From the NCBI GenBank assembly GCA_963713185.1, contig CAVQKV010000007.1, forward strand, positions 18,537 through 82,536: 64,000 nt of DNA, written 5' to 3'. Origin of the DNA: an uncultured Actinomycetes bacterium (GTDB taxonomy: Bacteria > Actinomycetota > UBA4738 > HRBIN12). This document shows, in pieces, positions 19,050 through 28,556 of the stretch (its first letter is position 1; every line of letters starts with the position of its first letter). Under the pieces are notes generated by a model. That model was not told the origin of the DNA, ran no database searches, and saw nothing but the letters and a program-made list of their open reading frames with translations. A program made the position numbers and the translations under genes.

Positions 19050-19259
19050 CTAGCCGGCGGTATGGCGCTCGAGGTGCGCGTCGATGCGAGACTCCATCGC
19101 GTCGAGCCTCGTATCCAAACGAGATCCCAAAGCGTCGATCCGGTTGCTCAGTCCATCGATCCGACTCCCGAGCCCATCGATCCGAGAGCCGAGATAGAAC
19201 AGACTCCCCAGCGACGTGGCGGCGAGCAAGCCGATCGCGGTCCAGACGGCGGCATCCAT
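19050..19259 (-). CDS. small membrane-anchored coiled-coil protein with heptad repeats
   Basis: MDAAVWTAIGLLAATSLGSLFYL (TM segment) followed by GSRIDGL GSRIDGL SNRIDAL GSRLDTR... These are encoded by three 21-bp tandem units around 19131-19195. The ORF extends to 19292. Confidence 0.55.
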   Translation of the reverse strand: MDAAVWTAIGLLAATSLGSLFYLGSRIDGLGSRIDGLSNRIDALGSRLDTRLDAMESRIDAHLERHTAG

Positions 19260-19350
19260 CTCGATCGCGAGCGTAGCACCGCAGGGTGTCACGTTTCCCC
19301 CGTGGGACCGCTGCCGAGATCGAGACCGGCGGGTTCTCGAACGGCTCCCG

Positions 19351-20949
19351 CTACTCGATGTAGCCGAGACCGCGGAGGTGCTCCTCCATCTCGTCGGCCT
19401 CGGTGTCGCTGACCGCCGTGGCCTCGTCGCCGCTCGGCATGCCGGGGATCTGCACCGCCGGCTCGGCCTCGGCCTGCGCGACCTTCGCGTCCGAACCCAC
19501 GACCTCGTGCAGCACCCGGCCGGTGTGCTCGATCGAGGCGGGCGCGTCGAGCGCCGCCAGGATCGTCGGCGCCATGTCGATCAGCAGCGGCGGCTGCTCG
19601 AACGGCTTCACGGACGGCCCGGCCGCCACGATCACGCCCTCGATGCCGGTGGTCGCCGCTGATCCAGTCGGCGTCCTCGATCGCGGACTTCGCGTGGGTG
19701 AGCGAGTACCGCTCGGCCGGCTCCATCAGGATGTCGGGCGCGGTGTCGGCGTGCTTGCCCTTGAAGATCTCCTCGCGCCGGTAGATCGCCTTCACGGGCT
19801 TGCGGCCGGTCTTCGGGTCGACGAAGCTCGACGAGCGCGTCCATCACCTGGTCGCGCACCTTCTCGAAGTCGGCCGGGTCGACGATGCCGTCGGGCTCGC
19901 GCCCGGCCAGGTTGATCGAGACGCCCTCACCGGTCGAGCGGATCGTCGTGAACGCCTTGGTCTTGGACCAGTTCACCGACTGCGGCAGCGAGACCTTCCC
20001 GTGCAGGCCGAGCATGTCGTAGACCTTGCGCGCGACCTTGCGCACCGGCCCCCACTGCATCGGCCCGAAGACCACGTTCGACGCGCTGAACTCGAGGAAG
20101 CCGAACTCTTCAGCAGGTGGTCCATGTGGATCGTGCGCGTGACCGACTGGAACCCGTGGTCGCGAGATGAACAGGACCAGGTCGTCGGGCTCGCGTGCGC
20201 GAGACGAACGAGCCGATCGCGTCGTCGAGCTGCGCGTAGATGTCTGCGCACCTTCCCGCCGATCGCGGTCTCGTGGTTCTTCGCGTAGTCGGGGTGGTCG
20301 GGCGCGACGTAGTTCGACAGCGCGTGCTGCGTGCGGTCGACCGAGACCCAGACCGAGGCCATCAGGTCCCAGTCGGAGTTGTCCATCAGCCACTCGGTCG
20401 CGCGGATCCGCTTGCCGGTGACCTCGAGCGCCTCGTCCAGGTACTGCGTCGGGCCGGTTGCGGTAGGTCGTCCAGGACATGCCGTTGATCGCCCACGGCA
20501 CGCCGGCCTTCTCGAGCTGCTCGGCCAGGTCGGCGGGCTGCGTGTACGGTGCGCCCCTTCGGCAGCACGCCGCCGGCGAGCGATCTTCCCGTTGATCTCC
20601 GGCGGCGGGAACATGCAGCGGCACGTCGGCGTAGCACCCCGACCTTGCCGGCCGCCGAGAGGTCCTCGACGAACGTCCGCTCCTTGATCGACTTGTAGGT
20701 GACCGGGTACTGCTTGTGGGTGCCCGGCACGGTCTCGAGGATGTCGTAGACCCCGTGATCGGCCGGGTCGACCCCCGTCAGGAACGACGGCCACGCCGCC
20801 CACGAGTGGGTCGGCACCGTCGAGCGCAGGACGCCCTTCTGCCCCCGGTCGATCAGGGCCTGCAGGTTCGGCAGGGCGCCCCGCTCGAGCAGGGGTTCGA
20901 GGATGCGCCAGTCGGCGCCATCCCATCCGATGAGCAGCACTCGTGGCAT
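19351..20949 (-). pseudogene. nucleotide pyrophosphatase/phosphodiesterase (alkaline phosphatase superfamily) gene with ~11 frame breaks
   Basis: The N-terminus MPRVLLIGWDGADW...STVPTHSWAAWPSFLTG (metal-site Thr) is family-typical. Conserved segments then hop among all three frames (ORFs 20386..20949, 19973..20965, 19632..20624, 19289..19795, 19351..19635), down to ...RGLGYIE. Confidence 0.75.
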
Positions 20950-21212
20950 TAGGCGTCAGCTCCATTCAGCGGTTGCTTAGAGTCTACAAATCGGGTGCTC
21001 GCGTCTTGCACGTGGTTTATGGGTACTTCGGCACAACACTTTATCCTCGGCTCAGATCAAGCCAGACATCAAGAACACGCTCCGACAAGCAAGCCTCAAC
21101 TGGCAGATCGCTCGACCAACTATTCATTCCGCCGGGGACTAGAGACAACCCTTGGACGGGTCATTTTCTCTCAGGGATGGGAGGCGATGCGCTCCTGCTC
21201 AGCCGTGGAGCG

Positions 21213-24200
21213 TCAATCCGACACCGGGCGCCACGTCGGCTCGGTGACGTACGCGCCGATCGTGAACACCTCGCTCGCGTCGGCGCGCATCAGCAGGGCC
21301 AATGTTCCTGATGAGTCTGAGGCCGAAGCGCCAGCCATCACGATCCACCGTCCGTCCGGCGACCAGTCGAGGACGAGTTGGCCAATAGAGGGACTCCTGG
21401 GGAAGTCCTCCATGAACTCGCGGACGTCGGAGCCGTCGGGGCGCATCGACAGAATGGTTCTTCCCCCGCCGAGCTTGTGCCCCCAGAAGAGGATCCGTTC
21501 CCCATCTGGCGTCCACGAGAGGGGGAACCCGAAGTGGCCGGCTGGCTCCTCACCCACCTTGGTCACGTCACTGCCGCCCGCGCCCATCACATAGAGGTTG
21601 AAATGATCCCCATTGATGCCGGTGAACGCGATCCGGCGACCGTCCGGAGACCACGCTGGCCACCCAAAACCCTCGCTCTCACTCGTCACCAGCTCCGTCC
21701 ATCCGCTGCCGTCGGCGTCCATGACGACGATGCTGCTTCGGACCGAGTCTGGTAAGTCCGGTTCCTCGAGGGCGAGCGCGACATGGCTCCCGTCCGGCGA
21801 CCATGCGGGATCGATCACGTCACCCACCACATCGGTGAGTCGCACGAGCCCGGTACCGTCGGCATGCAAGGCGTACAGATCGGACCCGTCCGGACCGTGG
21901 CCGGTGAAGACGATTCTGGTTCCGTCGGGGGACCAGCCCGGAGATGCGCTACTGCGACTCTCGTCGGTCAGTTGCTCTACGTCGAAGCCGGCGGCGTCCA
22001 TGAGAGCGATCTGCCCCTCGGTCGCGAAGGCGATCACCCCCGAGGGCGCCGGGGTCCACGCGAGCCGCTCGGAGACCTCGTTCGGTCCTGCGCACGTACC
22101 GCCGCTCTTGAACTCCCAATTCAGGGACTTTGCGGACCCCGAGACTCGGTACGACGCGGGTCCGCCCGTGAGCCCGGTCCCAACGCAGTCGCCGGTCAGG
22201 GGATCGAACACGACGAGGTCTGGCTTCGCGAGCAGGACGTTGCCGGATTCGATGACGGCGGCGTCCCGAGCTAACTCGTACGTCCCGTCCTCGATATGCA
22301 TCCGATACGTGACCAAGGGCCGGCCGTTCGCATCACGCAGGTTCACCCCCGTTACGCGATCCGGCTCAGCAGCAGATACGAGGTAGGACCCATCGCGCAA
22401 GAGTGGAACCGTGGCAGCCGCCGGCCGATCCTTGGCGGTGACCGTCGCGTCCTCCGCCGAAGCAACCGGTCCCGAGGACGACAGCCACCACTCGTACAGC
22501 GTGAGATCTGCCTGGTCGTTCCTGATGGCGTGCGCGTAGATGGCCGAGTTCTCGTCCGTCCACTGGATGTGCGACGTCTCCGTGTCGCCGATCACCTGCG
22601 TGTAACAGAGGACACGGCCGGCCGGCTCGCCGCCGATCGAGTAGGGCGTCACCGCGAGGTGGTCGGTCGCGCACTCACCGTCGGGTGCCCGGTTGACGTT
22701 CGCACGGATCTGGAAGGCCTCGTCCATCTCGTCCCTGCTGGAGAACAGCTCGTAGAGAACCTCGACCTCGTCCTCCGTGCAGACCAGCGCCGAAAGTGGG
22801 CCATCGGCCGAGACCGCCCGGTCGAGTGGGAGGCAAGCCGCGCCGAGGTTCTCGGGGATGTAGCCGAGGAGCCGTTCGTCGTCCGAGGTGAGCGCCCGCT
22901 CGACCGTCTGGAAATGCGGTGCTGGGGACGGGCTGAGGGGGTCCTCACCCCTTTGGCCGGTTGGCGTCCCGTCCCGCGACACGGAGAACACGATCACCCC
23001 GGTCACGAGGGCCGCCGCCAAAGCACCGGCTACGGCACGCCACCTCAACGACCCCGACGACGCTCGCCCTGCCGAACCGGCGGGCGGACCCAGCGCATCA
23101 CGAGCAGCGGTCGTGAACCTCCCGCAGCTGACGTATCGGCCGTCAGGCGACTTCGAGAGCGCCGTTGCGACGACCTCATCGATCGCGGCCGGGAGGTCGG
23201 GACGCGAGGCTGTCAGCCGGGGCGGCTTCTCGCCGAGGTGCGCGTAGAGCGCGGCCACCTGCGTCTCTCGTTCGTAGGGAACCTTGCCGGTGAGGCACTC
23301 GAACAGCACGCACGCGAGCGCGTAGACATCGGCGCGAGCATCGACACGCTTGCCCTCGATCTGCTCCGGAGCGACATAGTCAACCGTTCCGACGAACTGC
23401 CCGGTCCGGGTGAGGCCACCGGTCCCGCCTTCAAGGCGTTTGGTGAGACCGAAGTCCGATAGGTAAACGAGGTCGCGGCCCTCTGAGCCCTCCTCGGGGA
23501 CGACCAGGATGTTCCCCGGCTTCACGTCGCGGTGGACGAGCCCGCGGGCATGGGCAGCGTCGAGCGCCGAAGCCGTCTCCCGTACGATCCACAGTGCCCG
23601 CTCCGGGTCGAGCGTCCCCTCGCGCCGGATCAGTGTGCCAAGGTCGGTCCCCGGCACGTATCGCATCGCGATGAAGAGAGAGTCTTCGGCCTCGCCCGCT
23701 TCGTAGATCGGCACGATGTTCGGATGCTCCATCCCTGCCGCGATGCGCGACTCGCGGACGAAGCGCTCTCGGAACCGGTCGTCGTCGGCGAGCTGCGGCG
23801 CTAGGAGCTTGAGCGCGACCTTGCGTCCGAGGGCGAGGTGCTCGGCGAGGTAGACGACGCTCATGCCGCCCCGGCCGAGCACCGCTTCGATCCGATACCC
23901 GGCGAACGAGGTCCCAAGCGCTAGATCTCCCCTCGAGGGACGCCCCGAAGGTGGCGGTGCCGATGTCTCGTCACCCAGCAGATCGGGGTCCCGCCTCAGG
24001 ATCCGCTGGTTCAGGTCCAGGAGCTCGGCCGACGGATCGGCTCCGAGCTCGTCCTGCAGCACCTGTCGAGCCCGCTGAAACGCGTCGAGCGCCTCGGCCT
24101 GTCGGCCGGACCGATACATCGCGAGCATCAGGTGAGCCCATAGCCGCTCCCGCAACGGATATCGCGAGGTCAGCGCTTCGAGCTCGGACACCATGGTCGA

Positions 24201-24710
24201 ATGCCGCCCCATCTCGAGCTCGGCCGCGATCCGATGCTCGGTCGCCCCGAGTCGGAGCTCTTCCATCCGTGCGATGGATCCGCGAAGCGAGGGTTCGTCG
24301 GCGAGGTCGGCGAACGCCGGTCCGCGCCACAGATCCAGAGCCTCCGCAAGGGTCGCCGCCGCGCCCGAAGGATCGGACCCCGACGATGCCTTGCCCCGCC
24401 TCACGAGCGACTCGAAACGCGAAGCATCGATCTCCTCGGGCGCAACGGAGAGCACGTATCCGCCCCCGCGCCCCTCGATCCTCCCGTCGCCGAGCACCTT
24501 GCGCAGCCGGGATACGTACGACTGCAGCGTGTTCCGTGCCGAATCGGGTGGGTCCTGGCCCCAGAGATCATCGATCAGCCGTTCGGCCGGCACGATCCGG
24601 TTGGCCTGAAGGATCAGGTGCGCCAAGACGGCGCGCTGCTTCGGCCCGCCGATCGGAAGCGGACGGCCATCATCTAGGACCTCCATGGGCCCGAGCACCC
24701 GGAACTCCAC
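21213..24710 (-). CDS. SARP (OmpR-type wHTH + BTAD) - Ser/Thr protein kinase - TM - Cys-containing extracellular domain - PD40/TolB-like beta-propeller fusion protein
   Basis: GTG 24710 gives VEFRVLGPMEV (SARP N-terminus). BTAD ~23985-24420. Kinase ~23106-23906 (GRGGMSVV, VALK, HRDVKPGN, DFG, APE). TM 22980-23045. At least five WSPDG/WTPDG blades at 21216-22043. Confidence 0.85.
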   Translation of the reverse strand: MEFRVLGPMEVLDDGRPLPIGGPKQRAVLAHLILQANRIVPAERLIDDLWGQDPPDSARNTLQSYVSRLRKVLGDGRIEGRGGGYVLSVAPEEIDASRFESLVRRGKASSGSDPSGAAATLAEALDLWRGPAFADLADEPSLRGSIARMEELRLGATEHRIAAELEMGRHSTMVSELEALTSRYPLRERLWAHLMLAMYRSGRQAEALDAFQRARQVLQDELGADPSAELLDLNQRILRRDPDLLGDETSAPPPSGRPSRGDLALGTSFAGYRIEAVLGRGGMSVVYLAEHLALGRKVALKLLAPQLADDDRFRERFVRESRIAAGMEHPNIVPIYEAGEAEDSLFIAMRYVPGTDLGTLIRREGTLDPERALWIVRETASALDAAHARGLVHRDVKPGNILVVPEEGSEGRDLVYLSDFGLTKRLEGGTGGLTRTGQFVGTVDYVAPEQIEGKRVDARADVYALACVLFECLTGKVPYERETQVAALYAHLGEKPPRLTASRPDLPAAIDEVVATALSKSPDGRYVSCGRFTTAARDALGPPAGSAGRASSGSLRWRAVAGALAAALVTGVIVFSVSRDGTPTGQRGEDPLSPSPAPHFQTVERALTSDDERLLGYIPENLGAACLPLDRAVSADGPLSALVCTEDEVEVLYELFSSRDEMDEAFQIRANVNRAPDGECATDHLAVTPYSIGGEPAGRVLCYTQVIGDTETSHIQWTDENSAIYAHAIRNDQADLTLYEWWLSSSGPVASAEDATVTAKDRPAAATVPLLRDGSYLVSAAEPDRVTGVNLRDANGRPLVTYRMHIEDGTYELARDAAVIESGNVLLAKPDLVVFDPLTGDCVGTGLTGGPASYRVSGSAKSLNWEFKSGGTCAGPNEVSERLAWTPAPSGVIAFATEGQIALMDAAGFDVEQLTDESRSSASPGWSPDGTRIVFTGHGPDGSDLYALHADGTGLVRLTDVVGDVIDPAWSPDGSHVALALEEPDLPDSVRSSIVVMDADGSGWTELVTSESEGFGWPAWSPDGRRIAFTGINGDHFNLYVMGAGGSDVTKVGEEPAGHFGFPLSWTPDGERILFWGHKLGGGRTILSMRPDGSDVREFMEDFPRSPSIGQLVLDWSPDGRWIVMAGASASDSSGTLALLMRADASEVFTIGAYVTEPTWRPVSD

Positions 24711-24956
24711 GCCGCGACCGTACGCCGACGCCGTGGAGAGCGAAAGCGACCCTATCCCGCTGAGGGACTCGTTCCATGCTTTCGGGAGGCCATCACGATG
24801 TCCTTCGTCACACCAGGCGATCGATCTGATCGGCAGACGAGGGGTCGCCCCCTGTTGTAGTGGGCCCGCGCGAGCCACCACCACCTCCGCATCTCGAACG
24901 CTCGAGCGGCTCGACCGCTGAGCGCGCCGTTCGAGAGGACGTGGCACCATGCCGCC
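24711..24956. promoter_or_regulatory. divergent intergenic region between the SARP-kinase gene and the HisKA_3 kinase gene
   Basis: 246 bp between two divergent start codons. Promoters are inferred from position only, and no motif was identified. Confidence 0.3.
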
Positions 24957-27101
24957 ATGTCAAGCTCGAACGAAGATCGCGCCGCGGCCGCGAGCTCGCC
25001 TCGCCTGCGGCTGCTCGCCCGCGTCATCTTCGGTCTGACGATCCTGGGTATCGCGTCCGGCGTCTGGTTCTCGTTCCTCGATGCCGGGAAGTTCGAACTC
25101 GACCTCGCCTTTCTGCTCAGCTTCTGCCTGTTCCCGATCATCGGCTACATCTTGGCGATCCGCCGGCCGGACAACGCGATCAGCTGGTTGATGCTGGGGA
25201 TCGGCGCTGCCTTCGGCCTGAGCGCGTTGGAGGGGTCCTACGCGAGCTACGCGATCCACGGCGGCGTCGGCGGGTATCGCCTGGGGGCGATCGCCCTCGC
25301 GTTCGACCAGCCGATGTGGTTGCCGATCGTCGGTCTGCCGGCGACGTTCCTGATCCTGCTCTTCCCCGATGGGCACCTGCCGTCGCCACGCTGGCGGTGG
25401 TTCGCCTGGGTCCTGGGCGCCAGCATGGTGATCGTCTTCCTGGCGATCCTGTTCAGCCCGGGGCGGTTCGAGGACAGCGCGTTCCCGAACGTGGTGAACC
25501 CGCTCAGCTCGGAGGCTGTGCGGTCGGTAGTGGCGGTCGCCACCGTCTCGCTCGTCATCCTCCCGATCGGCGTGATCGGCTCGCTGGTGAGCCTCGTGCA
25601 GCGGTTCCGCCGGTCCACGGGGATCGAGCGGCTGCAGCTGCGGTGGCTCGTGACCGCCGCAGGTACGGTCGCCATCCTCTACGCCTCCGCCCTCGTCCTC
25701 TCGTTCAACGCAACCTGGGGGACCGACGCCACGCCCGGCTGGTTGGGGGTCCTCCAGGCACTCGCCATCGTGTCCTTCGGCCTGATCCCGATCGCGATCG
25801 GGATCTCCGTGCTCCGGTACCACCTCTTCGACATCGACCTCGTGATCAACCGGGCGCTGCTGCTCGCAGCAATGGTGGTCTTCATCACCCTCGTGTACAT
25901 GGGGATCGTCGTCGGCGTCGGGGCACTCGTCGGGAGTCAGGCGAACGCCGTCCTGTCCGCGGTGGCCGCCGCGGTCGTCGCGCTGGCGTTCCAACCTGCG
26001 CGGAGACGTGCTCAGCGGTTCGCCGACCGCCTCGTCTACGGGAAGCGAGCGACGCCCTACGAAGTGCTCTCGCAGTTCTCCGATCGGCTCGGCAACGCGT
26101 ACGCGAACGAGGAGCTGCTGCCGAGGATGGCCCGGGCGCTGGCCGAGGGCACCGGTGCGTCCCGCGCCGACGTGTGGGTCCGCGTCGGCGACGAGCTCCG
26201 AGGGGAGGCCGTGTGGCCGCAGGACGCCGATCGGCCCGACCCCCTCGTCGCCTCAGCGAACACCGAAGGGAGCCTCTCCTCGTCGTCGATGCGCGAGCCC
26301 GTCCGCCACTTGGATGAGCTCCTCGGAGCGCTGTCGATAACGAAGAAGCCGGGAGAGTCGATCACCGCGACCGAGGAGAAGCTCGTCCGCGATCTGGCCT
26401 CCCAGGCGGGTCTGGTGATGCGCAACGTCGCGCTCGCGGAGCAACTGATGGACACCATCGAGGAGCTCCGCGCGTCGCGCCAGCGCTTGGTGACCGCGCA
26501 GGACGAGCGCGCCAAGCAGCTCGAGCGGAACCTGCACGACGGCGCGCAGCAGCAGATCGTCGCGCTCACGGTGAAGCTGCGACTGCTCGGCCAGCTGATG
26601 GATCGTGACGTGGAGAAGGCCAAGTCGATGGCGTCGGATCTCCAGGCCGATGCGACGGACGCGTTGGAGCAGCTCCGAGACCTGGCTCGCGGCATCTACC
26701 CGCCGTTGCTGGCGGACCAGGGCCTCGTCGCGGCACTCGAGGCACAGGCGCGCAAGGCAACCGTCCCGACGGAGGTTCGATCCGACGGGATCGGCCGCTA
26801 CCCGCAGGACATCGAGGCCGCCGTCTACTTCTGCGTCCTCGAGGCCCTGAACAACGTGGCCAAGTACGCCGAGGCGACGAGGGCAGAGGTGAGCCTGGCG
26901 CAGATCGATGGCCATCTCCGTTTCGCCGTCGTCGACGACGGGACGGGTTTCGACACGGCTGAGACGAGTTACGGAACGGGGGTCCAGGGGATGGCCGACC
27001 GCTTGGACGCGATCGGCGGTGCCCTCGAGGTGGTCTCCCGCAAAGGCGAAGGCACGACCATCGAAGGCCAGATCCCGACGCCCGCGAACCCCGACGCCTG
27101 A
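24957..27101 (+). CDS. multi-TM sensor histidine kinase, HisKA_3 (NarL/LuxR-partner) type, no adjacent response regulator
   Basis: About 8-10 N-terminal TM helices and a GAF-like middle region. H-box ERNLHDGAQQ, N-box EALNNVAKYA and G-boxes DDGTGF / GVQGMADR. Confidence 0.9.
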   Translation: MSSSNEDRAAAASSPRLRLLARVIFGLTILGIASGVWFSFLDAGKFELDLAFLLSFCLFPIIGYILAIRRPDNAISWLMLGIGAAFGLSALEGSYASYAIHGGVGGYRLGAIALAFDQPMWLPIVGLPATFLILLFPDGHLPSPRWRWFAWVLGASMVIVFLAILFSPGRFEDSAFPNVVNPLSSEAVRSVVAVATVSLVILPIGVIGSLVSLVQRFRRSTGIERLQLRWLVTAAGTVAILYASALVLSFNATWGTDATPGWLGVLQALAIVSFGLIPIAIGISVLRYHLFDIDLVINRALLLAAMVVFITLVYMGIVVGVGALVGSQANAVLSAVAAAVVALAFQPARRRAQRFADRLVYGKRATPYEVLSQFSDRLGNAYANEELLPRMARALAEGTGASRADVWVRVGDELRGEAVWPQDADRPDPLVASANTEGSLSSSSMREPVRHLDELLGALSITKKPGESITATEEKLVRDLASQAGLVMRNVALAEQLMDTIEELRASRQRLVTAQDERAKQLERNLHDGAQQQIVALTVKLRLLGQLMDRDVEKAKSMASDLQADATDALEQLRDLARGIYPPLLADQGLVAALEAQARKATVPTEVRSDGIGRYPQDIEAAVYFCVLEALNNVAKYAEATRAEVSLAQIDGHLRFAVVDDGTGFDTAETSYGTGVQGMADRLDAIGGALEVVSRKGEGTTIEGQIPTPANPDA

Positions 27102-27138
27102 GAGAGACTGGGGGAACGACGAGTCGGGAGGTCGAGCG

Positions 27139-27910
27139 ATGGAGACGGTCACATCCAAGGACGGCACGGAGCTCGCGTTCGATCGGCTCGGCCAGGGACC
27201 GCCGGTGGTGCTGGTGTGCGGCGGTTCGGTCGACCGCATGGCCGACGCGGCCATCGCGCAGGAACTCTCGTCCGACTTCACGGTCCTCAACTACGACCGC
27301 CGTGGGCGCGGAGACAGCGGGGACACGCCTCCGTACGCGATCGAGCGAGAGGTCGAGGACATCGAGGCGGTGATCGGCGCGGCCGGCGGATCGGCCAACC
27401 TGTGGGGATCCTCGTCGGGTGCGGTGCTCGCGATGATCGCCACGGCGAGCGGGGCCCCGGTCACCAAGCTGGCGCTCTGGGAACCGCCGTTCATCCTCGA
27501 CGAGAACGCCCGCCCCCGCCGACCAGGTCGAGCAGTACGAGCGGATGATCGCGGAAGGCCGTCGCGGCGACGCGGCCGAGTACTTCATGTCGAAGGTCGT
27601 GGGGATGCCCCCGGAGTTCGTCGCCGACGCGCGGACGCAGCCCTGGTGGGCGGAGCAGGAGGCGATCGCCCACACGCTCGCGTACGACGCCCGCATCATG
27701 GGCGACTACTCGATCCCGACCCAGACCGCGGCGTCGGTCAAGCCCCCGACGCTCGTGCTCGCCGGCGGGGCCGACATGCCGTTCATGCGCGAGTCGGCAC
27801 AAGCCCTGGCGGATGCGATCCCCGACGGGCAGGTCCGGTTCCTCGACGGTCAGGGGCACAACGTCGACCCCGCGGTCCTCGTGCCGGCGTTGAAGGAGTT
27901 CTTCTCCTAG
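27139..27910 (+). CDS. alpha/beta hydrolase, one frame break at a C5 run (~27513-27517)
   Basis: METVTSKDGTELAFDRLGQGPPVVLVCGG...GSSSGA (nucleophile elbow) lies in frame 1. After cgcccccgcc the homologous sequence continues in ORF 27545..27910 (…FLDGQGHNV). Confidence 0.75.
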
Positions 27911-27931
27911 GCGCGCTCGGTTCCTCGAGGC

Positions 27932-28525
27932 TCAGCGCACGAACCGGCGGTCCGGCACGAACCACAGCAGCGCGACGGCCACGTAGAGCGCGTACGAGAT
28001 CCAGGGGCTCACGAACGCGAGCGGAACGGCCGCCGCGTAGATCACCAGGGAGATGTTCCCCTTGACGTCCGAGCCGATCGCACGGGCGACGGCCGAATCC
28101 CGTCCGTTCGCTCGGATCAGCGCACGGACGAGCAGGGAATACGCCAAGCCGGCCGCGAGCAGCACCAGCCCGTACGCCGCGGCGGGCAGTGGCTGCTCGT
28201 ACTCGTCGCGCAGCCACTCCGTCAGCACGGGGACCAGCGAGAGCCAGAACAGGAGGAACAGGTTCGTCCACATCACGGCGCCACTGACTCGGTCTGCGGC
28301 GCGGAGGAGATGGTGGTGGTTGACCCAGTAGATCCCGACGAGCGTGAAGCTGAGCGCGTAGACGATCAGGCCCGGCAGGAGGTCGTCCCGCACGTCCGCC
28401 AGCGTGTGTCCCTGGGGCGCCCTCAGCTCGAGGGCCATGATCGTGATGATCACCGCGAACACGGCGTCGGAGAATGCCTCCACCCGCCCCGAGCCGAGCT
28501 CCGTCTTGTCGTTGCGTTCCGCCAT
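27932..28525 (-). CDS. TMEM175/DUF1211-family potassium channel-like membrane protein
   Basis: RVEAFSDAVFAVIITIMALEL and YWVNHH motifs with six TM helices. The start is taken at MAERND, and the ORF extends to 28558. It is a paralog of 1931..2587. Confidence 0.8.
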   Translation of the reverse strand: MAERNDKTELGSGRVEAFSDAVFAVIITIMALELRAPQGHTLADVRDDLLPGLIVYALSFTLVGIYWVNHHHLLRAADRVSGAVMWTNLFLLFWLSLVPVLTEWLRDEYEQPLPAAAYGLVLLAAGLAYSLLVRALIRANGRDSAVARAIGSDVKGNISLVIYAAAVPLAFVSPWISYALYVAVALLWFVPDRRFVR

Positions 28526-28556
28526 CCCGCGATGATAGGAGCGGATCATCGGTACC

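Noticed and set aside
20950-21212. Riboswitch, sRNA or PHO-box operator in the AT-richer spacer
   Set aside because: I could not recognise a known RNA family fold. The ATCAAG direct repeat does not match the actinobacterial PhoP box I know (GTTCACC-type, 11-nt units). It is kept only as a low-interest observation.
24711-24950. An 80-codon N-terminal extension of the SARP-kinase ORF (MVPRPLERRAQ...)
   Set aside because: The extension is Arg/Ser-rich and unlike protein. SARP homology begins exactly at GTG 24710 (VEFRVLGP...). The extension would also consume almost the entire divergent promoter region.
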